Shown here in pieces: positions 50,842 to 64,000 of a stretch of 64,000 nt of DNA. The DNA lies in NCBI RefSeq assembly GCF_016433145.1, contig NC_058134.1:4437395-4501394 (forward strand). The letters are read 5' to 3'. Position numbers and translations under genes: made by a program. Every line of letters starts with the position of its first letter. The first letter of the stretch is position 1. This DNA comes from Gracilinanus agilis. Lineage: Eukaryota. A model generated the notes under the pieces. That model had not been told where the DNA came from. It was given only the letters and a program-made list of their open reading frames with translations, and made no database searches.

Positions 50842-50997
50842 CTTTCTTGCCCTGCTGGTCATTACAATTCTCGAAGGTGCAAGGTCCCCAGGCTGACCAC
50901 GCCGACACTGCGCATTCAACAGGGCAGGGAATGTGGCACAGCTGAGTGGTGTTGGGGATAGGCCCTGTGCAGAGTTTCCAGTCTACCGGCTTGGAAG
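50842..50997 (-). CDS. THSD7A: THSD7A internal coding exon (156 nt, phase 1-1), encoding (A)SKPVDWKLCTGPIPNTTQLCHIPCPVECAVSAWSAWGPCTFENCNDQQGKK(G)
   Basis: Acceptor tttttcccaacag|CTTCCAAG (AG at 50999-50998) and donor AAGAAAG|gtatgt (GT at 50841-50840). The peptide is near-identical to human THSD7A as recalled (ASKPMDLKLCTGPIPNTTQLCHIPCPTECEVSPWSAWGPCTYENCNDQQGKKG) and much less like THSD7B. It carries the thrombospondin type-1 repeat WxxWxxC motif. Confidence 0.96.
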
Positions 50998-51339
50998 CTG
51001 TTGGGAAAAATGAAAAAAATGTAATTCTCCAGAGAAGGACTATGACCATCAGCCTTATTCCATACCAACATTTCCAACACGAAAGGAGGAAGACATCTAA
51101 TCAGTGTCCCGGATCTCTTTCCATTTCACAGATGACCATAATAGGTTTAGGCACTGGACTGATTCTATTCAGATCAAGTTTAACAGAGGAAAACATAACA
51201 TTTTATATGTGAGTTCAAAAATCACTTCCATATACATATGGGTAGAGAGACATGGATTGATCATAATGTGTGTGGAAATGATTTGAGATTTTGAGTGAAC
51301 TTCAAGCTTCATGTGGGTAACCAAAATGACATGGCAGTC

Positions 51340-51470
51340 GCCCAACGAGTCTCATGTGGGACGGCATTATGAGAGGCATAGCTCCTAGGACTAAGGAGGT
51401 CATAGACCCACTGGTCAGACTGGAAGAATTGTGTTCAATTCTAGGAGACATCTTATCTAGGGAAATGGCT
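51340..51470 (+). mobile_element. L3/CR1 fragment
   Basis: ctggtcagactggaagaattgtgttcaattctagg resembles the CR1 RT C-terminal region. Confidence 0.5.
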
Positions 51471-52932
51471 CTGGGAGTAGTTGAATGTTTCCTAACTGAA
51501 GTCTCTCCTACGTTCCAGAGGACACCAAACTCCATTTCTGCAACCACAAGAATTTCATTAAAATTGAAGACGTAGCTTGGCCCAAGGACACTGGAGACAA
51601 GGAGTATCCAAATAAGAGAAGCAACAGAGATGGGTGAATGCTTTGCTGCCTACAGCTTCCTTGGCTCTAATTTCTACCTGGTATCTCTGTTTTTTCTTTT
51701 TCTATCCTATCTTCCTCTCCAAGTGCAGCCTTCCTGGCCAGACCACAGAACTACTAGGGACAGGATTTCCTGCCCAGTTCCTACCAGAATGCCTTAGCTC
51801 ATGCCCAGTGAGGAAGCTTCAGGTAGATGAAAGAAGATGAAATCTCTCCTAGGAGATCACAGCTGGAGAGAGAGAGTCCCTTGGATGGATACTTGCCTGC
51901 CCTATGAAGTAATGCCAGAGCAGTCTTCCTCCTCATTGGTTCCACAGGAGAGGAAGCAGTTAGTTTGTGTGTCTGCATATTCAAGTATCTTTGCACAAGT
52001 TTGGGACACAGGTGTTGAGTGAGTGTTAAATCTTGTACTCAGGGCTTGAATGCACAGTATCATTGATTCAATGTAATTCAAGAAGCAATTGTTAAGCACA
52101 CTACATGGCAGTGGATCAAGAGGATACAGATAAAAAAGTACTCATTCTTGCCCTCAATGGGATAACATTTTAGTAATGTAAGTAAATTCAATAGAATTTG
52201 AGGAAGAAACCATTTGAGGGGATAATAACAATAAGAACACTGCATGGCATTTAAATAGAAGATAAAGGTTTACAAACTGCTTTACGTGTGCTATCTTCTT
52301 TAAAAGGGGAAGATTTCCATTAGCACAAAGCACTTGAGGAAGTATTGATGCAAGCCAGGGATTCTAAGAGGCAGAGAGGAGAAAGGAGTGCAGCTTGTTA
52401 TAGTGGGGGATTGGATTACAGCAAGCCCCAAGGAGTCTGAGTTTGCACTGTCATTACTGCTCTGGAATTAGAACTCAGCACTCCAAGGGATTTCCTAAAA
52501 GCCAACTCATGCCAAGCAACTTGAGCAAAGACCTGAGGTTAAGAGTTGGATTTTTAGTTGGAAACACCAAACAGATAAGTTCGGCTTTGTGTTATAGCCA
52601 AATCTGGAATGATTTGTAATATCTAGAGAAGACATAGCTGGGCTAAAACTATTTCTGATAAGAGTTAATCGATATATACCAATCACTGACCATGGACCAA
52701 GTAATGAGCTAAATATTGATGGAAGGAAAAAGTAGTCTCTGTCCTCAGGAAGCTTACAGTCAAATGGGGGGTGATAATATACAAATAACTACATACAAAT
52801 GAGCAATACACAGTCCATTTATCTATTATCTATCTATGATCAATTCCTGTTTATATATATAGACTCTATATAAATCCTATGAATATTTCATGTGTATGCA
52901 TGTATATCTATAAATAGATTAAACAGTTTATA

Positions 52933-52934
<2 letters not shown>

Positions 52935-52977
<43 letters not shown>
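52935..52977. repeat. (AC)n microsatellite followed by (AT)n
   Basis: Read directly from the sequence. Confidence 0.95.
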
Positions 52978-52988
<11 letters not shown>

Positions 52989-54249
52989 TTGCAATGTGTG
53001 TGTTTTTAACTAAGGAGGCCATTCGTTCTAGGAGAGAGGTAAGGAGAGACTGTGTGAGAGTCCTGGCTTAGTATCTTATTTCTTTAGAAGGTTTGATATC
53101 ACCAGAGTCCAAAACCATTTATTCCCATCGATGCTGGGATGAACACATTGAGGGCATGGAATGCAACACTATATCCAGTGGGCACCTCATAAAGGTTTCC
53201 TGGCATAGAATCAGAGGGCAGTTAGTCAGTGCTGATCATTAGAGATGTTCAATAATCATTATAAGATTTTGTTTATTTTTGATCACACACATTCCAGTCT
53301 AGTAATGATTGCAAGTATGGACAATCACAGCCCTCTGATCTGTGAAGGCACCATGGTCCAGGCAGGAGCCACCCGTCCAACACTGGCCTCCAGAAACATG
53401 CTTTCTCCCCCCTCACCTCCTGTTTACAAACTGCCTCTATCTTCATCAATGGCACTTCTGTTTCTCATAACTAGGCACACGTGTATGAGCTGCTGAATGC
53501 TTCCTGTTCACTGTTGTTATAAATGCTCAAATTAGTTGTTTCGGAGGCTTACCAGATTTGTTTTCCTATTTTCCTCCCAGGAACATTTTAATTATGTCTC
53601 TCTACTGCAGTGAAAACAAACATGACTGTACTTCTAGAACTTGTGTTGTACAAACCGCAGTGAATATTCTACTTACGTTAAACAGGATTGCTGCTAATGT
53701 GTTTTTTCATCTCAGCCAAAGCCGAGAATGATTCATTTTATTACTTTATCAACAGTGAGAATATGATGCATTCACGGAAGAAGACGAGGAAGGAGCTAGC
53801 TAACTTTTCTGAAAGACCTAGTCTTCACCGCACTGAGAACAGTTTTCTTGTGGCAGGACCCTTTCACAGCTCAAGGAAGCCAAGGCACCTGAGCTGTAAG
53901 GCCAGCCACCAGATATAGCTGGGAGCAGGCGAGTTCTTCTTTTTTGTGGAGAAGTACATTTCGGGGAGTCTGTTGTCCTTCAAGGAGTTTCACTTGCATT
54001 GCACACTCTTGGGTATGTCTTAGTTTTGGGGTCTACTGAAAACTGCCTGAATCTTGGCCATAGGGGGCATCGAAATCCATCGTCCTGCACCCTTTGACAA
54101 GGATGTGACCCTTACTCTTGCTAAGATTGACCCAGATCCTATTGAATTCTTTGAATTATGGCTCTTTTGAGATCTTACTCTTATCTTCAAACCCTCATCG
54201 CTTCCTGGAAACTCTCTTACTGCCTAAAAATGTGCTAAGGTCTTTCCTC

Positions 54250-55062
54250 TAAATTCCAAAATATTTTGAAAATTTTTGGTTTTATGTCACTTTGACTTCA
54301 AAATATGTGTATATGCAGATATGTCTGTATCTGTTTATCTATGTCTATCTTATTCTCCTCTCTCCCATTTAGCCCATTGTAGCAAATATTTTAAGAGAAA
54401 AAAAGCAGTTGAGCAAAGTCAATTGATGCAACTGAGGCTGACAATATATGTTCACATCCACGGTCCTATCTCTGCAAAGAAGGGGCAGTCATTTATGGTG
54501 GTAATCGTAATTACACAACGTTCTGGGGTTTTCTTGCTTATTCTATTATTCCCATTCACCATGTCATAGTTGTATATTTTGTTTTGCAGGTTCTGTTCAC
54601 TACAGTTTGTGTCAGTTCACTGAACTCTTCCCATGCTTCCTTGAGTTCTTCAAATTCATTGTTTCCTATAACTTAGTACTCTTACGTACATTCAAGTGCA
54701 CAATTTATTTAGTCATTCTCTAAATGATAGGCATCTATTTTACTTATAATCCTTTGTTAACACAAAAGTGTCATAGAAAATATTTTCATGTGTATTTCTA
54801 TCTCTGACTTCATTGGATCCTTTGCTTAATAGTGGGATCTCTAGGCCAAAGGCTATGAACAATTTACCTTTTTTGCAAAATTGCTAATTGGTTTTCACAA
54901 TAGTGGAATTTTTTCACAGCTCCACCAACAGTGCATCAGAGTGCCTGCCTTTCCACAGTCCTCTAACGCTGCCTAGCTTTTGTAATCTTTGTCAAATTTC
55001 TGGGTGCGAGGTAAAACCTCATGGTTGCCTTGACTTGCTTTTATCTTACTATTAGTGATTTT
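54250..55062 (-). mobile_element. Old L1 3' fragment
   Basis: cagctccaccaacagtgcatcagagtgcct...gaggtaaaacctcatggttg...cttactattagtgattt on + is the reverse of the L1 ORF2 end. Confidence 0.75.
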
Positions 55063-57039
55063 CCTCCACTTAATAATACACCTTTTTCAATAATATTATA
55101 TGAATATAATACTATAGCAAAATATACAATGATTTAATAGATAATAAAATAGGAATAATAATAATAGATTATAATAAAATACCTTTTCTATGGCATTTTA
55201 TGAGAATACTATTATATAACTTTCCCCTTCATAACCAAACTCCTAGATGAATGTTCACTTTGCTTCCTCACTTTGATTCCTTTCACAACATCGTTGTAAG
55301 GGTTCCCAACACTATTGTTTGATTCAAACTTCTCTATTCCAAGATTTTCAACAATCTATTATCCTCCCTCTCTCCCCATTCCCATATCCAATCAGCTGCC
55401 AAGTCTTACTGATCTTACCTCTTCACCATCTACTGTATCTATTCCCTCCCCTCTAGTGACAGCCGCCTGATCCCCATCTCCTCTTGCTTGGGCTATTGTA
55501 ATGGCCTCCTACTTGTTTTAAAGTCCTCTGTAATATATTCTTTATACCAATGTCAAATCAATATTTCTGAAACACAGATCTGATCACTCTCCTGCTCAAA
55601 AAATGTTTAGTAGCTCCTTTATTACTTAGGTCTCTAACGATTATTTGCCTGGCATCACCTTCTGAATGCTTCCCTCTTCACTTGGCCATATGTATATTGG
55701 GGTCAGGATCCTATAATTCAGCAGTCATGGGCCCCTGGTAGTATTTTTTTTAAGTTTCTTTGAATAGGGAGAGTCAAATTGAATAGGAACTGTCTTGAGA
55801 TTCATAATGCATAGTGAAAATTAAAATATTAATTCTTCAGTGGTTCTTTTTTAATAACTTTATCTATGGTTTCATTGTTTATTCAAGTGAACTCTAAAAA
55901 TGTACTCTGTCATATTTCAATTTGAAAGTACATATATTTCTCTCACAAATCAAGTAAACCAAGGCACACAGTTAGGGTGTTTATTTCTTTTGGATTATTT
56001 CCCTTTCAGGGTTTGTTTTTGGGGTTTTATCCAAACAGGACACATTGATTCAAGCAATTTGCCTGCAGATAGGAGGCACATTACACCTCACAGAAGACAA
56101 GCACAGGGCTGTGTCTTCATCATACTTCTTTGGGCTCTAACTCCATGAAACCTGATTCTTCAAATTTGGCCAGGAACCAGCTGTTCCCTCCTAACTCTCC
56201 TCTTTGGGGTGGATATAATCAAATTCATTGGCTTAGGCTCTCTAAAGAACAATTGGCATTGATCATGTAGGCTTCTTAGGTTAAAAAGTCTTAAATCCCT
56301 ACAGAGACAGAGTCTATTCAGAGATCATCAAAAATGTTCATTAATAGGAATAGTCAAAATGAATAGGAACTGGCATAAGAGTCACAACTCACTTAAAATG
56401 AAAAATAAAATAATTTTATTTTGTGGTTCATTTTTTCCTTTATAGAGTATAGAAGGCAAGGTGGTATTTAATGAGATTGAATAACAATGCTAATAGTTGT
56501 GTATTTTGACAGTGGGCTAAACTATAGAGGAATTACATCTTTTTTTTAAAGTTCCAGTCAAATTTAATCACATAGAAGTAGTAGCAAATAAATGCAAAAA
56601 CACAAAATCAGAACCATGAGAATGGCAACCTCTCAACAACAAAAAGCCATGAAGTCGAAATTTGGAAGTGGAACAGAGGCATTGCACATATTAACCATCC
56701 ATAAAACTCCTTTCTGGGTGATTCTAAATGGAGGGTGTCACTAGAGGTTAATCTCTGAAACAGTCCTATTCCAGGAATTCTAGTATTTTAATTTATTTTT
56801 TTAATTTTCAAGTGGGGTAAAAGCCAAACTTTGCTTGTCAGGAGTTGGTGAGAGCTTTCAAAATTGTAGTTTGCCTGAAACATGTCTGGGATTTTAATGC
56901 CTTCTAATTTGAATAGCTCTTAATGACTGTTAAGCTCAATACGTGTGACAGGGGGGCTAACAAAGGGATTGGGATTCTAGGCTGGGGATGGTTTTATTGG
57001 ATCCATCTCTAGTCAGGTTATGGGAAGTCAAAGGATTAT

Positions 57040-57490
57040 GCTCAGTTCTGGGCACCAGATGGGAGGAAGGAAATTGAAAAGTGGAAGAATGGCTTAAACA
57101 CGATGACCAGGAATTTGAAGAAATTGGAAGCTGTAACTAATAAGGCTGGGTTGAAGGAACAAGAGCTGCTTAGCTTGAAAAAGAGAAAATGTAGGGAGGT
57201 CACAATAATTGTCTTCAAGTATTTGAAGGGTTGTCAAGTGTTAGAATTATTGTTTGTCTTTGGTAGGTGGAATTGGGAGCAACTGAAAGAAGTAGATTTT
57301 AGCATAATAAAAAATACCAACAATAAGCATTTTCCAAAAGGAACTGGATAGTCTCAATAGGTAGAGTTTCTTGTCACTGAAGGTCTGTAAGTGGAGGAAT
57401 AATGGCTCTGGTGGACATATTGTAGAGGAGGTAATTATCTTGATACAGTTTAGATGAAATGACCTCTAAAATTCTCTTCCACCTATGATT
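57040..57490 (+). mobile_element. L3/CR1 3' end
   Basis: Translation LKEQELLSLKKRKCREVTIIVFKYLKG matches the CR1 ORF2 tail (LFSLEKRRLRGD..VFKYLKG). Ends gatgacctctaaaattctcttccacctatgattc. Confidence 0.8.
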
Positions 57491-57619
57491 CATAACTATT
57501 TTTTCATTCTTCCAATAGGTAATTATCAAGTGACAAAGATTAATTATAATTTTGTAACTTTAACTCTACTGTCCTCCTGCTAGAAAAAATTGTGGGATTT
57601 TAAGACCAAAATGCCTCTT

Positions 57620-57870
57620 TGTAGAAATGCAGATGAAAACATGATTTATCACTTGTTTATTTGGGTATATGTTTTAGGGTTTTGGTTTTCAAAGATTATT
57701 CATTTGTAAAAATGAATAGTATGGAAATGGGTTTTGAGTGATAATACATGTATAACTCAGTGGAATTGCTTGTCAACCCTGGGAGCATGGAGGGAAGAGG
57801 GGAGGGAGACAACATGAATCATATCGCTTTGAAAAACTTATGTGTAAAAATTTGTATTGGAATAAAATAA
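57620..57870 (+). mobile_element. L1 3' UTR fragment
   Basis: Very similar to the 3' UTR at 47860-48090 (agaaatgcagatgaaa...gagggaagaggggagggagac...gaaaaacttatgtg). Confidence 0.85.
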
Positions 57871-57889
57871 GGATAACATTTTTTTAAAA

Positions 57890-58230
57890 GATGCTCCATC
57901 ACTTCTCACTGCTGCTTCCCTGTGCAGTCCCTCCATGCTCTTCCTGCTCATCTCAGCCTACTGGATTCATTGAATTCTCAGTTACCCTCCTCACCCTTCT
58001 ACAAGGAGACATCCCACAGTTCCCTTAATGCTAATGCCTCCTTTCTATAATTATCCCTAATTGTCCTTTCTAGGTGTTGTTTGTATATGGTTGCTTGCCT
58101 GTTGTCTCAACTCTCCCTTCCCCTTTAAATTGAGCTCCTTGAGACAAGGACTTTCTTTTGCCCTTATTTGCATTCCCAATGCTTAGTCCAGTGCCTGGCA
58201 CATAGTAGGTGCTTAACAAATGCTCGTTTA
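57890..58230 (+). mobile_element. L2 3' fragment
   Basis: tgagctccttgagacaaggact...cagtgcctggcacatagtaggtgcttaacaaatgct. Confidence 0.8.
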
Positions 58231-60007
58231 CTTTACTTCTGATTTTCTACTTATCTTCTAGAATTGGCCATTAAAATCTAAGCCTTTTAAAATAGCAATT
58301 TTTCTTAACCATTTTAGATGTATAGAATGGATTTTTATTTTGGTATAAGTAGATCAGGTTGCCACAAAGGTCTCTTCCAAACCCTCTGTTCTGCTGATCT
58401 TGGGTCATTTTCTGAAGTACTAAGAACTAGTACAAAGGGAGAACGTCCTATTCAAGAAAACCACATATTGCTGGTAAACAAGAGCAAATGGGAACTTAAT
58501 GAAGGGTTGCTAATTAACTGTCCTTGCTGCACCTGTGAGCTGATGTTCAGTCTCTAGTATATGCACTAGCTCCCTAGTAGAGGATGGCTCATCAAGGGAA
58601 TTTGAGATAAAGCTCGTTGGCCCTCAAGAGCATCTTAAAACATCTCCTCCTGGACGTTGCCCAAACACCTTCCTATAATGTCATGCTCTGGTGCTATGCC
58701 CAGGATGTTACGTCTACAGCACTATCCTGAGGCTCCAATATGGTGAGGTTTAGTTACTTCTGCCTAGAAAGGACTGAGGTTGGCAACTGTGGTTAGACAT
58801 TGAGGCTGAGAAGGGGAACTAGAAGGTGACCTGCATTTCTGTCTGGGGAGGATGCTGTAGAGTCAAACACAAAAAGCCTGGTGCTGATAAGGCTCAGGGG
58901 GGACCAGAACCAAATCACAACATTCATATCTGCAGGAGTCTCAACATCCTCTAGTGCAGAACTTACACAGTCAGTCCTTTGTAAGAGAAATGTTCTTCCC
59001 AAAGGCAGAACATTAATTCATGAAATTGTTATCAACAAGCAAGTGTTAAATTGGACACTTATCATGTGTCCAAACACCAGAACTGTACACACTCTGTCTT
59101 ACCCGGGCCATGGGGATGTGAAAGGAGTAAAGGTGTGCTTCCACTCATTCTGCCTTCATCACACCTCTCCCCTTCCCTTGTTCTCTGCATCCACAAAGCT
59201 GGCACCCTAGTTCAGAGCTTCATCATCTCCCACCTGGACTATTGTAAGATCTTCCTAATTTGTCTCTCTGCCTTGAGGCAATCCCTTTGCTAGTGCATGG
59301 TTCCTTTGCCCAGCTGCCAGATTCATCTTCCTAAGGCATCAATACCATCCCCATATTCCTCTACTTAAAAACATTTAGTAGATCTCATTTGCCTCTAAGA
59401 TAAAATATAACTTTCTTTATCAGGCATTTATTCCTGACCCGACCCCCCCCCCAACTAGCCCGATTTTAACTGAAGCTCATCTCTGCACCTACCCCTAGGA
59501 TCTAGCTTTTCCATGCTGGCTAGATCTGGAATGGAAGGACCAATGCTGTCCCCAACACAGGTCACACCCACTCTTTTCCTCATGACTAAGCACACAATCT
59601 TCCAGAGGGGCTGTAGTCAAACAATCACCCTCTGCCATAGCTGGCAATGAGCCTCTTCCCTTAAGCAGGCTGCTGCTTGAACAAGACACACTAAATATCA
59701 CTGGGTTCATCAATGAAGCATTTTCAGGACAGTAGGACCAGTCAAAGCTTGGGTTTTAAAGACGTACCTTGTACTCCAAGAACCCAGAGTTACTTTCAAG
59801 TCATGATGAGACTCTGAAGAGGAAGGATGCCAGTGGAGACAAGCATGGAGTAGCTTTTGTATAAACAATTACTATTGCTCTTGGCCTCAAGAAAGCTCTT
59901 AAACTGTTTCATCATGTCTAACATGCACATAAGAATACTTGTGGAGTCTACCTAGATGATGTCTCTAACCAGGTGCAAATGACATAATTAAATAAAAATG
60001 CTTTGAA

Positions 60008-60605
60008 AAAATATTTATAGCATCTCTTGTTGTGGTAGCAAAAAACTGGAAATGGAGGGGATACTCCTCAACTGGAGAATGACCGAGCAAGTTATGGTAT
60101 GTGGTTGATATCTAATACGGTGGTGCTATACAAGATATGATAAGAATACTTGTAGAAAAACCTAGAAAGACTTACATGAACGGCCACAAAACGAAGTGAG
60201 CAGAACCAAAGGGACATTGTACACTGTTAACAGCAATATTGTACTATGATCAACTATGAATGACTTAGCTTAGCAATACAATGATTTAAGATAAACCCAA
60301 AGGTTTATGATAGAAAATTCTATCCATCTCCAGAGAAAGAACTGATGGAGTCTGAATGTAGCATATTATTTTCTACTTTATTTTTTGTGTATTTTTCCTT
60401 TGGTCTATGTCTTCTTTCCAAGATGACTAATATGGAAGTCTAAGTCTATTTTACATGACTTCATGTATAAAACATATCAAATTATTTGCCTCATTCTCAA
60501 TGATGAGTGAATGGAAAAAGTGGAAGGGAATTTGGGACTCAATTTTTTTCAATGATAAAAATTGTTTTTACATGTAGTTGGGAAAATTGCAATATTAAAA
60601 AGTTT
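60008..60605 (+). mobile_element. L1 3' fragment
   Basis: aaatatttatagcatctcttgttgtggtagcaaaaaactggaa...ctatccatctccagagaaagaactgatggagtctgaatg. Confidence 0.85.
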
Positions 60606-61194
60606 TTTGAAAAGTTTAAAGTTCTCTAGACATATTAGCTATTATAAATATTGTGTTACATATGTTATATAGTATAAATATAAATATAAATAATGTTGGG
60701 GAACAACATTCATGTACATAATTTGGTTATTGAACAGGCAGATGGTATATAATCTGTTGTTTAATGGAATGACCCAGGCTCGATGGACATTAGGATTCCA
60801 AGGCAGAGAATAGCATTCTGAGGAGACTGAGTAGTGAGTTTAGGCTTCATGGAGGAGGAGGTAGCACTCCAAGGATGAGTAGAGAACCTGTGTCTCATCT
60901 CCCCTTTCCAAAATGCTCCTAGGGCATGTTTCTCAATTTCCACAGTATTTCTTCTATCCATCCCCTGCTTTCCGTGCACACAGTTGCTACCCTAATCAAA
61001 CCCTGATGCCTGCTCACATGGATTGTTATGGTAGCCTATTATGTCCCAGTCTCCAACATTTTCCTTCTTGGATTCTTCCTTCGTGTAGGGGACAAAGTGA
61101 TACTTCTAGCACATGAGTCTGACTAGGCTGTTCTTCTGCTTGCTACAGTAAACTGGTGGCTCCCAAAGTTTTCTAAGATAAAATAAAACACCCC

Positions 61195-61800
61195 CCTTGC
61201 CCCACCCTGGTTCAGCATTTAATGTCCCTCACCACTTGATTGCAACCTGTCCAGAGACTTATTTAACATTCCACTCATTCACAATTTTGTCCAGCCAAAG
61301 TGGCCTTTTTTGCTGCCCTTCATATGCAGCAGTCTCTCTCCCATCCTTGTGTCTTTGCCCAGGCTTTCTCTCCTGCCTGAAATGGGATCTCTTCTCAATT
61401 CACAGCTTAGAATACTGACCTTTGAAGTTCAGTTCAATCATTACCCTCTGTGAGTGGTCTTTCTTGATTCCCTAGTTGCCAGTGCTTCCTTACTCCCTGA
61501 ATGATTAACTTGTATTTATTCTGTGTATATTTGTATATATTCTACTTCATTTCCTGGCCATTTCCATGCCATCCATTTCTTCTTCATTCAGTCCATCATC
61601 TCCCCTTTTTCTTCACTAGAACTTTGGACACTACCCAGGAACCCTCTCTCTCACCTGCTTTTTTTTTCTAGTTTGCTTTTGTGTATTGTCTTCCTCTATT
61701 TGAATGTAAACTCCTCGAGGGCAGGGAATATCTTGTTTTTATTCATATCTCCAGGGCTTAGCACAAGACCTGGCACATAGTAAATGATTAATAAATACCC
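61195..61800 (+). mobile_element. L2 3' fragment
   Basis: tgtaaactcctcgagggcaggga...cttagcacaagacctggcacatagtaaatgattaataaat. Confidence 0.75.
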
Positions 61801-61806
61801 CTTGCT

Positions 61807-61808
<2 letters not shown>

Positions 61809-61854
<46 letters not shown>

Positions 61855-62254
61855 NNNNNNNNNNNNNNNNNNNNNNNNNNNNNNNNNNNNNNNNNNNNNN
61901 NNNNNNNNNNNNNNNNNNNNNNNNNNNNNNNNNNNNNNNNNNNNNNNNNNNNNNNNNNNNNNNNNNNNNNNNNNNNNNNNNNNNNNNNNNNNNNNNNNNN
62001 NNNNNNNNNNNNNNNNNNNNNNNNNNNNNNNNNNNNNNNNNNNNNNNNNNNNNNNNNNNNNNNNNNNNNNNNNNNNNNNNNNNNNNNNNNNNNNNNNNNN
62101 NNNNNNNNNNNNNNNNNNNNNNNNNNNNNNNNNNNNNNNNNNNNNNNNNNNNNNNNNNNNNNNNNNNNNNNNNNNNNNNNNNNNNNNNNNNNNNNNNNNN
62201 NNNNNNNNNNNNNNNNNNNNNNNNNNNNNNNNNNNNNNNNNNNNNNTTCTTTCT

Positions 62255-62301
<47 letters not shown>
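61809..62301. repeat. (CT)n microsatellite spanning an assembly gap (N from 61855 to ~62247)
   Basis: (CT)n on both sides of the N run, directly after the L2 3' end. Confidence 0.95.
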
Positions 62302-62306
<5 letters not shown>

Positions 62307-63519
62307 TATGCTAATGAAATGGTTTTGATTGAAATTTACCAATCTTCAGATTATCTGGGCATCATGATAACAACCTAGGGATCCAGACTCAAGTATTGAA
62401 TAGGTTTGGCAATATTTTAGGACACAAATGCTTCTTTGTACTTTTTTCTCCCTCATAAGCCAAGCACTTCCTCCCCTCTCCTTATATGAGAATCCCTTCG
62501 AATAGATGGCTCTTTTAAGTATGAAATACACTTGTTCAAAGTCCCAGGATAGCCATATTTTCATATGTCATACTGTCATGTGGAAGGAGGATTAAGGATC
62601 TGTGATAGAGCTCTGGGAGGCAGAATCAGGCCATGCCAGGTGGAAGGAGAAGAGAAATATATTTCAGTTCAATACAAGGAAGAAAGCACTTTGTAAAAAT
62701 CAGAACTGTACAAAAATGCAATATCTGCCTTATAAGGGAGTGAATTCTCTGTCCCCAGTGGTAGTTAAATAAAGCCTATGAGATTGTCAAAGATTCTGTA
62801 AAAAGCATTTGTGTATACCTTGACCAGGGGGTCAGGCCCATCATGGTCTGCCAACTTGCCTGGTCCTCCTTTAGACAAACTCCCTATTTATGAGGTTGTC
62901 AGCCAGGTTAGTGATGTGTTCTGTGATTAATAATGAAAGTGTTTATTTGATCTCTGGAGGAACTTGCCACCCTGCTCACTACCTTCGCTAACTTTTTAAG
63001 TCAGTTTAAGTTTGTCAGCCTCGTATAATCCTCTCCTTGAATTTCATGTGTTTGCTTATGGATTGGTTCATTTTTCTCAAAGGCTGCCTCGGGGATAAGA
63101 AGGGACAGCTCACAAATAAAGACACAGACTTGTTAAAAAAATCATGTGGTAAAGATAAAGGAGGAGAAACTAGACATGTGACTGTGAGGAAGGTGCTATT
63201 TCTTATGGGATCTCTCAACTAGGTTTTAGCACTAGGAAAGCTGCCATCTAGAAGAGAGGAAGAGACATTCAGAGAACACCAGGGATTTGCTAGTCAGAGG
63301 TGAAGCCAACAGAAATCCTTGCCTGTTGTCTCCCTACTTGTTTATCAACCACTCAGTCATCATTTCCTGTTTCAACCTGAGGATTATAAATATTATATAC
63401 TTATGCAGACATAATTATAATGGGGCATAGAGTCATAGATTTAGTCATTAGGTTTATACCTGACTAGCTATATGACCTTAGACACCTTGCACCCCTTGCC
63501 TTATTTTCCTCATTCGAAA

Positions 63520-63705
63520 AGAGAACTTGATATCCCAGATATAATGTAATCCAACCCCATCATTTCATAGAGAGAGAAACTGAAGTCAGATAGGTAAAAA
63601 AGACTTGCCCAAGGTCACCTAGCTATCAAGTGGCACAAGTAACATTTGAATCCAGGTCTTTGATTGTTAAACTGAAAACCCAAAACTCTTTCCTCCACTG
63701 TGCCG
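63520..63705 (-). mobile_element. MIR/CORE-SINE fragment
   Basis: ccaaccccatcatttcatagagagagaaactgaag...gacttgcccaaggtcac...atttgaatccaggtc. Confidence 0.7.
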
Positions 63706-64000
63706 TGCTTATTCATAAGAGCATGTACACAGATTCATTTACCAAAATTCGGGTTCCTAAAGTGAGGGGAGGAGATCAATTTGGAAGAACAAAAAAGCTA
63801 CTTTAAAAATCAATACAGAAGTCTCTTTGCATTCTACACTGAGAGTGATGAGCAAAACCAATGTTGTTCTTGGAAGTCCATCAGGTCATAAGCTCTTTAC
63901 TTTCCTGGGTCTCTTCCCACTCTGAGAGCTCTTCTCAATGACTGATTATACCTGAAGTCAGCTCTACTGTGGCCATGGCTAAGGAATGTTCAGCCTCCTT

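Noticed and set aside
48608-50997. Assignment to THSD7B
   Set aside because: The peptides follow THSD7A as recalled (CTGPIPNTTQLCHIPC, ENCNDQQGKKGFKLRKR). THSD7B differs throughout this region.
50777-51049. The listed 90-aa ORF (MVIVLLW...) as a signal-peptide-bearing protein
   Set aside because: The hydrophobic start is the translated polypyrimidine tract. The real exon is 50997-50842.
61784-62342. The longest ORFs in the track (176-184 aa)
   Set aside because: Microsatellite plus N gap, not coding.
1-64000. CRISPR array, rRNA, snRNA, NUMT or processed pseudogene
   Set aside because: No regularly spaced repeat-spacer structure and no recognisable RNA-gene or mitochondrial sequence. The recurring motifs are SINE cores.

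Overview
Marsupial nuclear DNA, most likely a didelphid opossum such as Monodelphis: the SINEs resemble SINE1_Mdo and MAR1, and the L1s are of marsupial type. The window lies inside the THSD7A gene on the minus strand. Only two coding exons are present: 50997-50842 (156 nt) and 48820-48608 (213 nt). Both have canonical AG/GT sites, are phase 1-1, and are separated by a 2021-nt intron. The rest is intron and dense in transposable elements. It includes a ~10.2-kb, formerly full-length L1 with a recognisable TSD and three nested insertions, and two partly overlapping copies of a non-autonomous ERV-like element that together reconstruct LTR-internal-LTR. There are also several solo LTRs, four hAT/Charlie MITEs of two families with 8-bp TSDs, a composite SINE-RTE-SINE insertion under one TSD, many SINE1/MIR/L2/L3 fragments, microsatellites and two assembly gaps. 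I found no RNA gene, CRISPR array or novel protein-coding system. The most interesting signals concern transposon architecture and a few candidate cis-regulatory motifs. Repeat family names come from my recall of consensus sequences, not from a database search. Boundaries of old repeats are approximate.
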